Positions 48,146-57,279 of a stretch of 64,000 nt of DNA are shown one piece after another (position 1 is the stretch's first letter; every line of letters starts with the position of its first letter). The DNA comes from an uncultured Candidatus Saccharibacteria bacterium (lineage in GTDB: Bacteria > Patescibacteriota > Minisyncoccia > Phycocordibacterales > UBA9973). The position numbers and the translations under genes are program-made. The stretch is taken from contig CAYVZI010000006.1 of the NCBI GenBank assembly GCA_964456475.1, positions 7,074-71,073 of the forward strand. The letters are read 5' to 3'. The notes under the pieces are model-generated. The model was not told the origin of the DNA and ran no database searches. It saw only the letters and a list, made by a program, of their open reading frames with translations.

Positions 48146-50215
48146 TTAAATATCGATGTCGGCGGTTTTGGCGTAAGTCTGGATAAAGCTCTTTCGTGGT
48201 GCAACTTCACTTCCCATCAACATATCAAACACTCGATCTGCTTCCGCTGCGTCTTCGATCATTACTTGTTTCAAGATACGACGACCCGGATCCATAGTTG
48301 TTTCCCAGAGTTCCTCTGAGTTCATTTCTCCGAGACCCTTATATCGCTGAATATGAATTTTTGGTGTCTTCTTTGCAGCGCCTTTTTCCTCTACCTCTTC
48401 AACGTCGCCTTCTTGTTCACCAGCTCCATCTGCTTCAGCACGAGCAATCATTTCATCAAGACTTTCATCGGTGTCCCCCACGATTTTGAGTTTTTCTTCA
48501 TCGGTATAACAGTAATGAATTTCTTTACCCTTCTTTATTTTATACAGTGGCGGTTGAGCAATGTAGATAAATCCTCCATCGATGAGTGGTCGGAAATAGC
48601 GATAGAAGAGCGTGAGGATGAGCGTACTGATGTGCGCGCCGTCCACGTCCGCATCTGTTGCAATAATGACTTTGTGGTAACGAAGTTTTGAAATATCAAA
48701 TGTGTCGCCAATCGCAGTACCGAGTGCCACCACAAGGTTTCGAATCTGTTCTGAGGCAAGCATTTTGTCGAGACGTGCACGTTCGATGTTGAGGATCTTT
48801 CCACGGAGTGGAAGAATCGCTTGAGTACGACGATCTCGTCCAGTCTTTGCAGTACCTCCCGCGGAATCTCCCTCCACAATGAAGATTTCTGATTCTTCAG
48901 CGCTCTTTGTCTGACAGTCGGCAAGCTTTCCCGGAAGTGTCATGCCTTCCATCGCGCCCTTGCGAAGGACTGAATCTTTTGCAGCTTTCGCAGCTTTGCG
49001 CGCGCGAACTGCGAGGATTACCTTGTTGATGATAGCCTTTGCCTCATCTGGATGCTCTTCAAGAAATGCTCCAAATGATTCGCCGAATACGGTCGCCACA
49101 GCTCCCTGCGCTTCAGGTGAACCGAGTTTTCCTTTGGTCTGTCCTTCGAATTGAATTTCGCGAAGTTTTACAGACACAACCACAGTGAGACCTTCGAGTA
49201 CGTCGTCTCCAGTAAATGCGCCGTCAGCTTCTTTGATAAATCCTTCTTTCTTCGCATAGTTATTGAGTGTGCGAGTGAGCGCCATCTTGAATCCGGTGAT
49301 ATGCGTTCCACCTTCCGGGTTATAGATATTGTTCGCGTACGCCACAATCTTTGCCGACATATCATCGGTATATTGCAACGCGAGTTCCACGAACACATTG
49401 TCTTGTTCCTTTTCAATATAGTAGATACTATCGTGGATCGGCTTCTGCGAAAGGTTGTAGTACTTTACAAGAGACACAAGTCCTCCTTCGAAATAGAATG
49501 AGTAGTTTGGAAAATCGAGTCCAAGCTCGCTGAACCAATACACATCCTCGAGCTTCACTTTACCTTCAAGACCTCGTGCATCAATACAACGAATACGCAA
49601 ACCCTTTACAAGATATGCCTGTCCGCGGAAATGGTTGACGATTGTCTCCCAAACGAATTGCAAATCTTTAAAAATTTCTACATCAGGTTCAAATGTCACG
49701 ATTGTTCCGTGGAGCTTTGAACTACCGATTTTTTTGACAGCAGCTTTTTTCTTTCCTTGTGAATATTCCTGCATGTGGATACCACCATCACGATGCACCA
49801 CGACTTGTGTGTAGATTGAAAGCGCGTTCACCACAGATGCTCCCACACCGTGAAGTCCTCCAGAAACTTTATATCCTTCTCCACCGAATTTTCCTCCAGC
49901 GTGAAGAGTAGTCATAACAGTTTCAAGTGCAGACACCTTTGTCTTTGAGTGAACGTCTACTGGAATTCCACGACCGTTGTCGGCGATGCGAATGCGATTA
50001 CCAGGAAGCAGCACTGCTTCAATTTCGTTTGCATATCCGCCCATGGCTTCATCGCGAGAGTTGTCGAAAATTTCCCACACCAAGTGGTGCAAGCCTTCGA
50101 TACCTGTTCCTCCGATGTACATTCCGGGACGCTTTCGTACCGGTTCGAGCCCTTCAAGGACTGAAATGTCTTCAGCACTATATGCTCCCTCTGCTCGTTT
50201 TTTTGTATCAGCCAT
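48146..50215 (-). CDS. gyrB: DNA gyrase/topoisomerase IV subunit B (type IIA topoisomerase ATPase subunit)
   Basis: 689 aa. GHKL ATPase, Toprim EGDSAGG, PLRGKILN. I chose gyrB over parE on the general expectation for reduced genomes, not from the sequence. Confidence 0.8.
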   Translation of the reverse strand: MADTKKRAEGAYSAEDISVLEGLEPVRKRPGMYIGGTGIEGLHHLVWEIFDNSRDEAMGGYANEIEAVLLPGNRIRIADNGRGIPVDVHSKTKVSALETVMTTLHAGGKFGGEGYKVSGGLHGVGASVVNALSIYTQVVVHRDGGIHMQEYSQGKKKAAVKKIGSSKLHGTIVTFEPDVEIFKDLQFVWETIVNHFRGQAYLVKGLRIRCIDARGLEGKVKLEDVYWFSELGLDFPNYSFYFEGGLVSLVKYYNLSQKPIHDSIYYIEKEQDNVFVELALQYTDDMSAKIVAYANNIYNPEGGTHITGFKMALTRTLNNYAKKEGFIKEADGAFTGDDVLEGLTVVVSVKLREIQFEGQTKGKLGSPEAQGAVATVFGESFGAFLEEHPDEAKAIINKVILAVRARKAAKAAKDSVLRKGAMEGMTLPGKLADCQTKSAEESEIFIVEGDSAGGTAKTGRDRRTQAILPLRGKILNIERARLDKMLASEQIRNLVVALGTAIGDTFDISKLRYHKVIIATDADVDGAHISTLILTLFYRYFRPLIDGGFIYIAQPPLYKIKKGKEIHYCYTDEEKLKIVGDTDESLDEMIARAEADGAGEQEGDVEEVEEKGAAKKTPKIHIQRYKGLGEMNSEELWETTMDPGRRILKQVMIEDAAEADRVFDMLMGSEVAPRKSFIQTYAKTADIDI

Positions 50216-50324
50216 GATTTTGAATAAAGATTAAAAAGCCCTTGTAATGTAAGGATAAAACACCTATTTCGTATAGGAGAATTATATCATATATTAGCTC
50301 GAAAAACGAGGGAAAAGCTAGAGT

Positions 50325-52169
50325 TTAACGCACCGTCCAGCCCTTATTTTGCAAGGCTTTTGTGATGTTTTCCATTACCCCGGTCACATCTGCATCAGCG
50401 AGCGTTCGTTCATGGGATTGGAATACAAGTCGGACCGCGAGAGATGTTTTTTCATCCTTAGTGAATTGATCAAAAAGTTGTGGTTCACGAATAAGGAGTG
50501 CCGTTCCCTCTTTTTTACAAAGGTCGATAAGTTCATCCGCATTTGTTCCTACTGGGACCCAAACTGCAACGTCGCGAGAAATAAATGGATACTGACTCCA
50601 TGGCGTGAATTTTTTATCTCTCACCACTATGTCATTCCGGACTTGATCCGGGATCCATGATGAAATTTCTTTCGTGAATTCTTCAAGCGTCGCTTCAACA
50701 ACCCCCTTCTTATCAGCATACGCAATATGAATTTCTTCCCTAAACGCGTTAGCGTCGGGCGATCCAGCTTCACTGGATTTAGCCACACCAGCTTCGGGAA
50801 ACACAGTCCCAATTTCAAAAATTTTTGTTTCGTCATTACCAAGTAGTGGTGCATTCAAGCGATTGAGTTCATATGAATCCTTGAGTCCGTCGGCAAGATT
50901 CGTTCGGAGAAATTCTTTGCCTTTTGCACCGCGCGAGACTTCCACCTTTCCCTTTTTGGTAAATGTATACGTCATCACTTCACTATAGCCATCGCTGAGC
51001 AACTTCTCGCGTGCTGCACTCACACGTGCTTGCGTATCATTTGCCTTCGATTCAAATGCAATTTTCGGAATAGTTGGAACTACTTTGTCATACCCCATAA
51101 TGCGTCCAATTTCTTCTACCATATCGTGAGGACCAGTGAGGTCGAGTCGCCATGCAGGTACGGTGATGCGAATCTGACTATTGTCGATTGCATATTCAAA
51201 TGCGTAGCGTTTCAAAATATCTTCAATATCAAGGAGTGAAATTTCCATACCAAGCTTCTTGCTTACATCACTCACAGAAAATTCCAAGGTTTGTACTTCT
51301 TGTGGACTCGGATACACGTCAACAACATCTTCAAACTGCGCCTCGGGACACATTTCGAGAATAAGCGCGGAAAGTTCGCGCATGGCATACGGAGCAAGTT
51401 CGGGTGTAAGATCATTTTCAAAACGCTTTGCCGCATCAGAAATAAGACCAAGGCGTCGCGCGGTGCGACGCACAGATGTAGGATCGAAGTTCGCCACCTC
51501 AAGTATGATCTCTGTTGTATCATCTGAAATTCCAGAATTCGTTCCACCTTTCACGCCGGCGATCGCGAGCGATTTCTGACCATCAGTGATCATCATGTCG
51601 ACCTCCTTGAGTTTGGCGACAATCTTTTCTCCTCCGACGGTTTCAAATTCCTCACCATCTTTTGCGGAACCAATCACAATTTTTTCTCCGGCGAGTTTCT
51701 TGAGGTCGAATGCGTGTGTTGGCTGACCAGTGTTCCAAAGCACGATGTTCGTTGCATCAACAATATTGTTAATTGATTTCTGTCCAATCGATTCAAGATG
51801 CTTCACTACCCATTCCGGAGAAGGACCAACCTTTACTCCTCGAACGATGCGTCCCATATAACGACGGCAAGCAGGATTTGCAATTTCAATCGCAAGATTT
51901 CCAGGCTTCGATTCAGGAATTTTATACATCGGCGTTGGATCAACGTATTTGATGCCAAGCTGACCCGAAAGTTCACGAGCAACACCAAGATGACCTAGCA
52001 AATCATGTGCTCGATTTGGAAGAATGTTCAAATCATAAAGTGTGTCTCCATCAGGAAGCGTATCAACCGACTCAACTTCGCAGAGATGCAGAGTAAAAAC
52101 ATCTGCCAGTTTTTCTGCAGTTGAAATTTCAGGAACATACCATTTGAGCCAGTTATATGAGATTTTCAT
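50325..52169 (-). CDS. pheT: Phenylalanyl-tRNA synthetase beta subunit (short form) carrying an in-frame family-1 palindromic element
   Basis: 614 aa. MKISYNWLKWYVPEI N-terminus. B3/4 and B5 domains. Residues SWIPDQVRNDIV are encoded by the repeat at 50631-50658. Confidence 0.85.
   Translation of the reverse strand: MKISYNWLKWYVPEISTAEKLADVFTLHLCEVESVDTLPDGDTLYDLNILPNRAHDLLGHLGVARELSGQLGIKYVDPTPMYKIPESKPGNLAIEIANPACRRYMGRIVRGVKVGPSPEWVVKHLESIGQKSINNIVDATNIVLWNTGQPTHAFDLKKLAGEKIVIGSAKDGEEFETVGGEKIVAKLKEVDMMITDGQKSLAIAGVKGGTNSGISDDTTEIILEVANFDPTSVRRTARRLGLISDAAKRFENDLTPELAPYAMRELSALILEMCPEAQFEDVVDVYPSPQEVQTLEFSVSDVSKKLGMEISLLDIEDILKRYAFEYAIDNSQIRITVPAWRLDLTGPHDMVEEIGRIMGYDKVVPTIPKIAFESKANDTQARVSAAREKLLSDGYSEVMTYTFTKKGKVEVSRGAKGKEFLRTNLADGLKDSYELNRLNAPLLGNDETKIFEIGTVFPEAGVAKSSEAGSPDANAFREEIHIAYADKKGVVEATLEEFTKEISSWIPDQVRNDIVVRDKKFTPWSQYPFISRDVAVWVPVGTNADELIDLCKKEGTALLIREPQLFDQFTKDEKTSLAVRLVFQSHERTLADADVTGVMENITKALQNKGWTVR
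50631..50658 (+). repeat. Family-1 palindromic element GTCATTCCGGACTTGATCCGGGATCCAT inside the pheT coding sequence (in-frame)
   Basis: Identical consensus to the intergenic copies. The reading frame is preserved. Confidence 0.8.
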
Positions 52170-52495
52170 TTTATTTTAGTTATTTTCTTTGTTACCGAAC
52201 CAACAAACAATCTAAATGCTGGGCGTTTTTCTTTCTCATAAATGTAAGGTATACCAAGGACTGATTTACATTTGTCACAAATTAATTGGGAAATCTCTTT
52301 AACTGTAAAACTTTCAAGTCCTGCCCACTTTTTTGAATTTGAAATTCTATCTAGATAAGTTCTTTTTAAAATACCTGGGCCGTCTTTTTGATATGAAAAA
52401 ATATAATTTCCACATTTTTCACAACAAATTTCAAGAAGTCTTGAATATCCACCACGTGTTTTTTTATATTTATCATTCTTAAAAACTTTTTTCAT
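52166..52495 (-). CDS. Small zinc-ribbon protein (CxxC...CxxC) inserted between pheS and pheT
   Basis: 109 aa. CCEKCGN...CDKCKS. Start overlaps the pheT... stop/start ATGA overlap at 52166-52169. Confidence 0.4.
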   Translation of the reverse strand: MKKVFKNDKYKKTRGGYSRLLEICCEKCGNYIFSYQKDGPGILKRTYLDRISNSKKWAGLESFTVKEISQLICDKCKSVLGIPYIYEKEKRPAFRLFVGSVTKKITKIK

Positions 52496-52498
52496 AAA

Positions 52499-53206
52499 TC
52501 AGAATTGATTGAGACGCAAATCACCTTGATAAAACAGTCGCACATCAGGAACATTCCATTTGATCATCGCAATGCGATCGAGTCCGCCTCCGAATGCAAA
52601 TCCTTGCACTTTCTCAGGATCAAATCCTGCATTTTTCAAAACTTGTGGATGCAACATTCCCCCTCCCATCATTTCTAGCCATTTGCCTTTGAATTTAGCA
52701 TGCACTTCCACTGACGGCTCTGTAAATGGAAAGAAGCTCGGGCGAAACTCAATTTCAGAATCTTCGCCAAGTAATGTTTTGTAAAGTTGAGTGAGCACAC
52801 CTTTCATATGAGCAAGTGTGATATTTTCTCCGATCATACATCCATCGATCTGGAAGAATTGCATCTCGTGCGTAATGTCTGTCGCTTCGTTGCGAAAAAC
52901 TTTTCCGATTGAAATGTATGCGGATGAAACGCGATTGGTTTTTGCAGACTGCTCGAGCATACGAGCAGTCACACTTGTCGCATGTGTTCGAAGTACTTGC
53001 CCTTCAGCGCCTTTGATCCAAAAAGTGTCTTGCATGTCGCGGGCTGGGTGGTCTTTTGCCACATTCAAAGCGTCGAAATTGTACCATTCAGTCTCAAGCT
53101 CGGGGCCGGTCGCAACCTCAAAGCCAAGGTCAGTAAAGACCTTGTATGCCTCATTTTGGAGCTGTGAGAGCGGGTGTTCAGTGCCTTGAATTGGTTGCTT
53201 TTCCAT
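52499..53206 (-). CDS. pheS: Phenylalanyl-tRNA synthetase alpha subunit (catalytic core only)
   Basis: 235 aa. FRPSFFPFTEPSVEV motif 2/3 region. GLDRIAM. Confidence 0.85.
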   Translation of the reverse strand: MEKQPIQGTEHPLSQLQNEAYKVFTDLGFEVATGPELETEWYNFDALNVAKDHPARDMQDTFWIKGAEGQVLRTHATSVTARMLEQSAKTNRVSSAYISIGKVFRNEATDITHEMQFFQIDGCMIGENITLAHMKGVLTQLYKTLLGEDSEIEFRPSFFPFTEPSVEVHAKFKGKWLEMMGGGMLHPQVLKNAGFDPEKVQGFAFGGGLDRIAMIKWNVPDVRLFYQGDLRLNQF

Positions 53207-53398
53207 AGTTCCATACTACAATAGAGGTCATGAAAAAGCTACGGATAATAACCTTTGTTTTGTTCGTTCTAACCCTTGCCACAGCCTTCTATTTAGGCTG
53301 GTCTGACAACGGCCCAAACCTCAACTTTTGGCCGTTTTTGAAATAATAAGTTTTGATTTTTTATATAATTGTGGTAATAATAGTGAAAATCATTTGCC

Positions 53399-53617
53399 AT
53401 GAAAGTATGTAGAGTTACCAGCGAAGTAGTTGACGGTAAGCTAAAGTTTACGATCGTCGAACCAGTTCATGAAGTTTCACTCAGTGAGATAATTAAAACC
53501 GAAGAATACCAAAGAGGGTTACGGAATATTGAATATATCAAAAAACTGACGAGCGACGTCCAAAGATATTACCCTCGCTCTCAACAAGGAATAAGATTAC
53601 ACGATGATTTTTCTTAA
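53399..53617 (+). CDS. Small hypothetical protein
   Basis: 72-aa ORF followed by hairpin AAGTTAAGCA-TT-TGCTTAACTT+T-run (53625-53660). Confidence 0.3.
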   Translation: MKVCRVTSEVVDGKLKFTIVEPVHEVSLSEIIKTEEYQRGLRNIEYIKKLTSDVQRYYPRSQQGIRLHDDFS

Positions 53618-53659
53618 TTAATCCTTAAAGCAAGAAGTTAAGCATTTGCTTAACTTTTT

Positions 53660-56600
53660 TTATTTATACAAAAGTTTCGCCTTTGCACAATATTCACACT
53701 CCTGATTTTTGCCATAGAGTTTGGCTTCGCATGGACGTTTGGTCCAGTCACCACTTCGAATAAACTCGTCGTAGTCAGCGATATCTTTTTTCAGCAACTC
53801 AATCTGATCACCATTGATTGAGGTTTGATAGATTGAGTCTTTATCTCCCGGTTTGCTTTCAATAAAAAGTAGTTTTGACGAACTCACTTCTGTTCCCTTC
53901 TCGGCGTTTTCGATAAGATATGTATACATTGCGAGCTGACGAAGAAGCGAACTCATTCTTCCTTCATCACCTTCGGATTTCTCAATAGCACTTTTTGTTT
54001 TTGCACTACCGGTTTTAAAATCGCTCACAATCACAACACGGTCTTCTTCGCGTTCTGTCATGTCGATTTTTCCATAGCACGTAAGATGCGGAAGTTTAGG
54101 ATCGCGATAGGTCACCGAGCGTTCGGATTGTGCATCTTCTGCAATCCCAGGAAGATACGTTTTGTTGAAATTATCCAAAATCTTTTTGGTTTCTTTTGCG
54201 ATTCGTTGCAACAATTTTTCGTCAGAAATATATTCTCGTTCCAAACAATTTTGAATTACAGAATCGAGAATTTTTGGCTGAATATCCTCGCGATTTTTGA
54301 GCATATATTCAATACCGGCATGCACAGCAGACCCGAGCAAAAGACTCTCCGTCTTTTGCTCGGGTAATTGCAACAAATTACGAAAATACCATTTCCACGG
54401 ACATTCAAAAAAGTTATTGAGTAGTGTCACAGTCACATTCACCTTTGGATATTCTTCAGCAACGACAGTCGTAAGTTCTTCCATACTACTTCCAGTTGGT
54501 GTTTCTTTTCGTTCTACAAACATTACTGGATTATCAGCCAGCAATTCTTTCTCTGTCTCTGCAAGTGTTTTACGGTCGACAAGAATATCGGGCAAGTCGG
54601 CAAGAATTCGCGCCGGCTCGAGCTCGGCTCCAGTATATGCATGACGTGGGTATGAGAGTGTACAAGTCTCCCGTGCGCGTGTGATAGCCACATAGAGCTC
54701 ACGACGAGCCACGATTTCGTTCTTGGCTTCTATGAGCGTGTCGACAGATTCCGGCAAGGTAAATCCGAGTCGGTGACCCTTCATGAGTGAAGCTTCATCG
54801 AGATGCGCAATGTAGACGTGTTTCCACTCCAAACCTTTTGATCCATGGAGTGTGAGTACTCGCACGCCGAGATCGGCCGAGAATACGGCAAGTGGAATTT
54901 CATGTCCATAGTCTTCGAGTCGGTCGAGATAGAGCAAAAATTCTTTGACCGTGAAGTACGCATTCTTTTCCATCTGTGCTTCGACAAGATGAATGAAAGT
55001 ACGAATGATTTCGACACGACGAATCAATCGCTCATGATCGGTCGGATTTTTGAAAAATAGTTCTTCACCGATTTCTTGAATCAAACTATGGAGTCCGAGA
55101 GTGCTCGAAACTTCTAAGAATCGTGATAGTTGTGCACCAAGCCCTGCAATTGAATCGGTCGGAAGTCGTGAAGCTCCATAGCTTGTGAGTGTTTCGAGCA
55201 TGAGCTTGCGGGTGCCAACTTCACGCAAAAATTTGTGTGTCGTAAGTGGCGGTATACCAATCGCTGGATCGAGCATGAGACTTGCGAGTGCCACATTGTC
55301 GTATGGATCGACGATCACTTTCAAAATATCGCGAATGGTTTTGGTCTCTGGTGCGGTAAAAAATGAGACTGTTCCAGATGCAGATACTGGAATTCCCTGA
55401 TCTTTGAGAATTGCGACCGCGCTACGAACATGGTGATTTTTGGGTACAAGAATTGCACATTCCTCCGGCGCAAAATTATTTTTTTGAATATCACGCGCGA
55501 TAGCAATGATTTCATCGCGAGGATAATCGCATTCGCGAATAAGTAATTTTTGCTCTTCTCCATTTGAATTACTCTTGAGTTTTCCTTCGGCGAGTTTACT
55601 CTTAAGGAGTGTATCGGCACTGTCGAGAATAGTTTGAGTCGAGCGATAGTTTTCGATGAGCGTAATTTCTTTTGCAGAACCGAACGAACTGCGAAATTTT
55701 GTAAAATGTTCAAACGAGCTACCAGCAAACCCGTAGATAAGCTGTCGGTCATCTCCCACCACAAAAATATTGGGTCGCTCCGTTCCCTTCCATACTGCTT
55801 CAAGAAACGCATTCTGCACACCAGAACTATCTTGATGTTCATCCACGAGTACATAGAGATATGCCTCGCGAATATCAGCACGCACATCTTCGGAGATTTG
55901 TGCGAGCTTCACCGCGTACGCAAGCACATCGTCATAGTCCATGAGTGCACGTTCGATTTTTGTCTGTTCGTACACTTCGTAAAATCGCACGACTTCACGC
56001 GTACGTTCGAGTGCTTCAATCTCCTTGATTGATTCCATCTTGAGTTCACCTTTGCGAGCACCGCGAGATGAAATATTGTCGGGATTACTTTTAATACGAT
56101 CGATTTCTTGATCGACCTGCTCGAGGAATTTTTCCGGAGTAAGTCCTTCGCGTTTGAGAAGCGAGACGAGCGATTTGAGATCGCCGAAATACCGCGCCAC
56201 ATCTCCGCGTGGACGAATGTACTGCCATTCATGTGTCTCGAGAATTTCATCCACAAGAGCAACGGCTTCGGTGTCAGCAATGAGCTCGGGTCGAGTTTCA
56301 AAATCGAGTAAGGCAAAATGCTTTTCGATGATATTGATTGCGAAACGGTGGAATGTGGCAATGTAAACTTCGCTCGCAGTTGCGCCAATGAGTTTGAGAA
56401 GGCGTTCGCGCATGGCGCTAACGCCTGCATTGGTGAATGTCAGACACAGCACTCCCGAGGCTGGCGTATCCGTCTTGTCCAAGATATTCGCAATACGAAG
56501 CGTAAGCACTTGCGTCTTCCCCGTTCCCGGCCCGGCCACCACCATTACTGGACCGTCCAAAGAATCCACCGCATCTTTCTGAGCAGGATTGAGTTTTTTG

Positions 56601-56674
56601 TATTCGGTTTCAAATTGTTGATTATGATTTTGCATGAGGGCCTTTTTCTGCAAGTTCAGCAAGAAATGATTCAA
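53660..56674 (-). CDS. UvrD/PcrA-family SF1 helicase fused to a C-terminal RecB-type (PD-(D/E)XK, Cys-cluster) nuclease; AddA/AddB-like
   Basis: 1004 aa. Walker A VVAGPGTGKTQVL. UvrD motifs. C-terminus CPWKWYF...CEAKLYGKNQECEYC. Confidence 0.75.
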   Translation of the reverse strand: MNHFLLNLQKKALMQNHNQQFETEYKKLNPAQKDAVDSLDGPVMVVAGPGTGKTQVLTLRIANILDKTDTPASGVLCLTFTNAGVSAMRERLLKLIGATASEVYIATFHRFAINIIEKHFALLDFETRPELIADTEAVALVDEILETHEWQYIRPRGDVARYFGDLKSLVSLLKREGLTPEKFLEQVDQEIDRIKSNPDNISSRGARKGELKMESIKEIEALERTREVVRFYEVYEQTKIERALMDYDDVLAYAVKLAQISEDVRADIREAYLYVLVDEHQDSSGVQNAFLEAVWKGTERPNIFVVGDDRQLIYGFAGSSFEHFTKFRSSFGSAKEITLIENYRSTQTILDSADTLLKSKLAEGKLKSNSNGEEQKLLIRECDYPRDEIIAIARDIQKNNFAPEECAILVPKNHHVRSAVAILKDQGIPVSASGTVSFFTAPETKTIRDILKVIVDPYDNVALASLMLDPAIGIPPLTTHKFLREVGTRKLMLETLTSYGASRLPTDSIAGLGAQLSRFLEVSSTLGLHSLIQEIGEELFFKNPTDHERLIRRVEIIRTFIHLVEAQMEKNAYFTVKEFLLYLDRLEDYGHEIPLAVFSADLGVRVLTLHGSKGLEWKHVYIAHLDEASLMKGHRLGFTLPESVDTLIEAKNEIVARRELYVAITRARETCTLSYPRHAYTGAELEPARILADLPDILVDRKTLAETEKELLADNPVMFVERKETPTGSSMEELTTVVAEEYPKVNVTVTLLNNFFECPWKWYFRNLLQLPEQKTESLLLGSAVHAGIEYMLKNREDIQPKILDSVIQNCLEREYISDEKLLQRIAKETKKILDNFNKTYLPGIAEDAQSERSVTYRDPKLPHLTCYGKIDMTEREEDRVVIVSDFKTGSAKTKSAIEKSEGDEGRMSSLLRQLAMYTYLIENAEKGTEVSSSKLLFIESKPGDKDSIYQTSINGDQIELLKKDIADYDEFIRSGDWTKRPCEAKLYGKNQECEYCAKAKLLYK

Positions 56675-57269
56675 TAAATTTATCCACGGTTTTTGTCATC
56701 AAAATCTTTTCTTCAATCTCTAAACCATCATAGATAACTGACCGGTCATCCTGCTCTTTTGTCATTAGTTTAATTTGTTCAACCAAATTCTCAGTTTTTT
56801 GAGAAAACACTCCGGGAAAATCATCAGAAATATATTCAAACTGGGCTGGTAGATTGAGAAATCTATTTTTCTTCAGTTTATTGTAATGATACATTTTCCA
56901 AAGTTCATCATATTTTTTTTGATTATCAGTATTCTCTGAATTTTTTGAAAGCTCCTTAAGTCTATTACCGTATTTATCCAATATGTACTTCATATCAGTA
57001 TGCATCGAGTAGACAATGATTGGATTTTTCCAATACTTAATCATTTCTTCAATAAACAATTCATTTCCCTTCAAATCAAGCAAAGAAAGCTGTTGTTCTA
57101 TCTCAGAAATCTTCTCAAGTGTTTCCTTTGGCATCTCAATACACTGCTCAATTTTCATCGGGTTTCCTTTGTCATCTAAAATATGCTGTGCGTCCAACTC
57201 CCGCTGCATAGCGATTTGCAATGGAGAAATTGGGTGTTCCTGTTGAGATGAAATTAGTATTGATTCCAT
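56622..57269 (-). CDS. Hypothetical protein
   Basis: 215-aa ORF, acidic/coiled-coil-like. Overlaps the helicase start by about 50 bp. Confidence 0.35.
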   Translation of the reverse strand: MESILISSQQEHPISPLQIAMQRELDAQHILDDKGNPMKIEQCIEMPKETLEKISEIEQQLSLLDLKGNELFIEEMIKYWKNPIIVYSMHTDMKYILDKYGNRLKELSKNSENTDNQKKYDELWKMYHYNKLKKNRFLNLPAQFEYISDDFPGVFSQKTENLVEQIKLMTKEQDDRSVIYDGLEIEEKILMTKTVDKFIESFLAELAEKGPHAKS

Positions 57270-57279
57270 ATGATTTTAA

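Noticed and set aside
53660-56674. The UvrD-like helicase considered as the GajB partner of the OLD/GajA-like nuclease (Gabija)
   Set aside because: It is about 40 kb away, fused to a RecB-type nuclease domain (AddA/AddB-like repair helicase), and sits in a housekeeping context. It is not adjacent to or co-oriented with the OLD gene.
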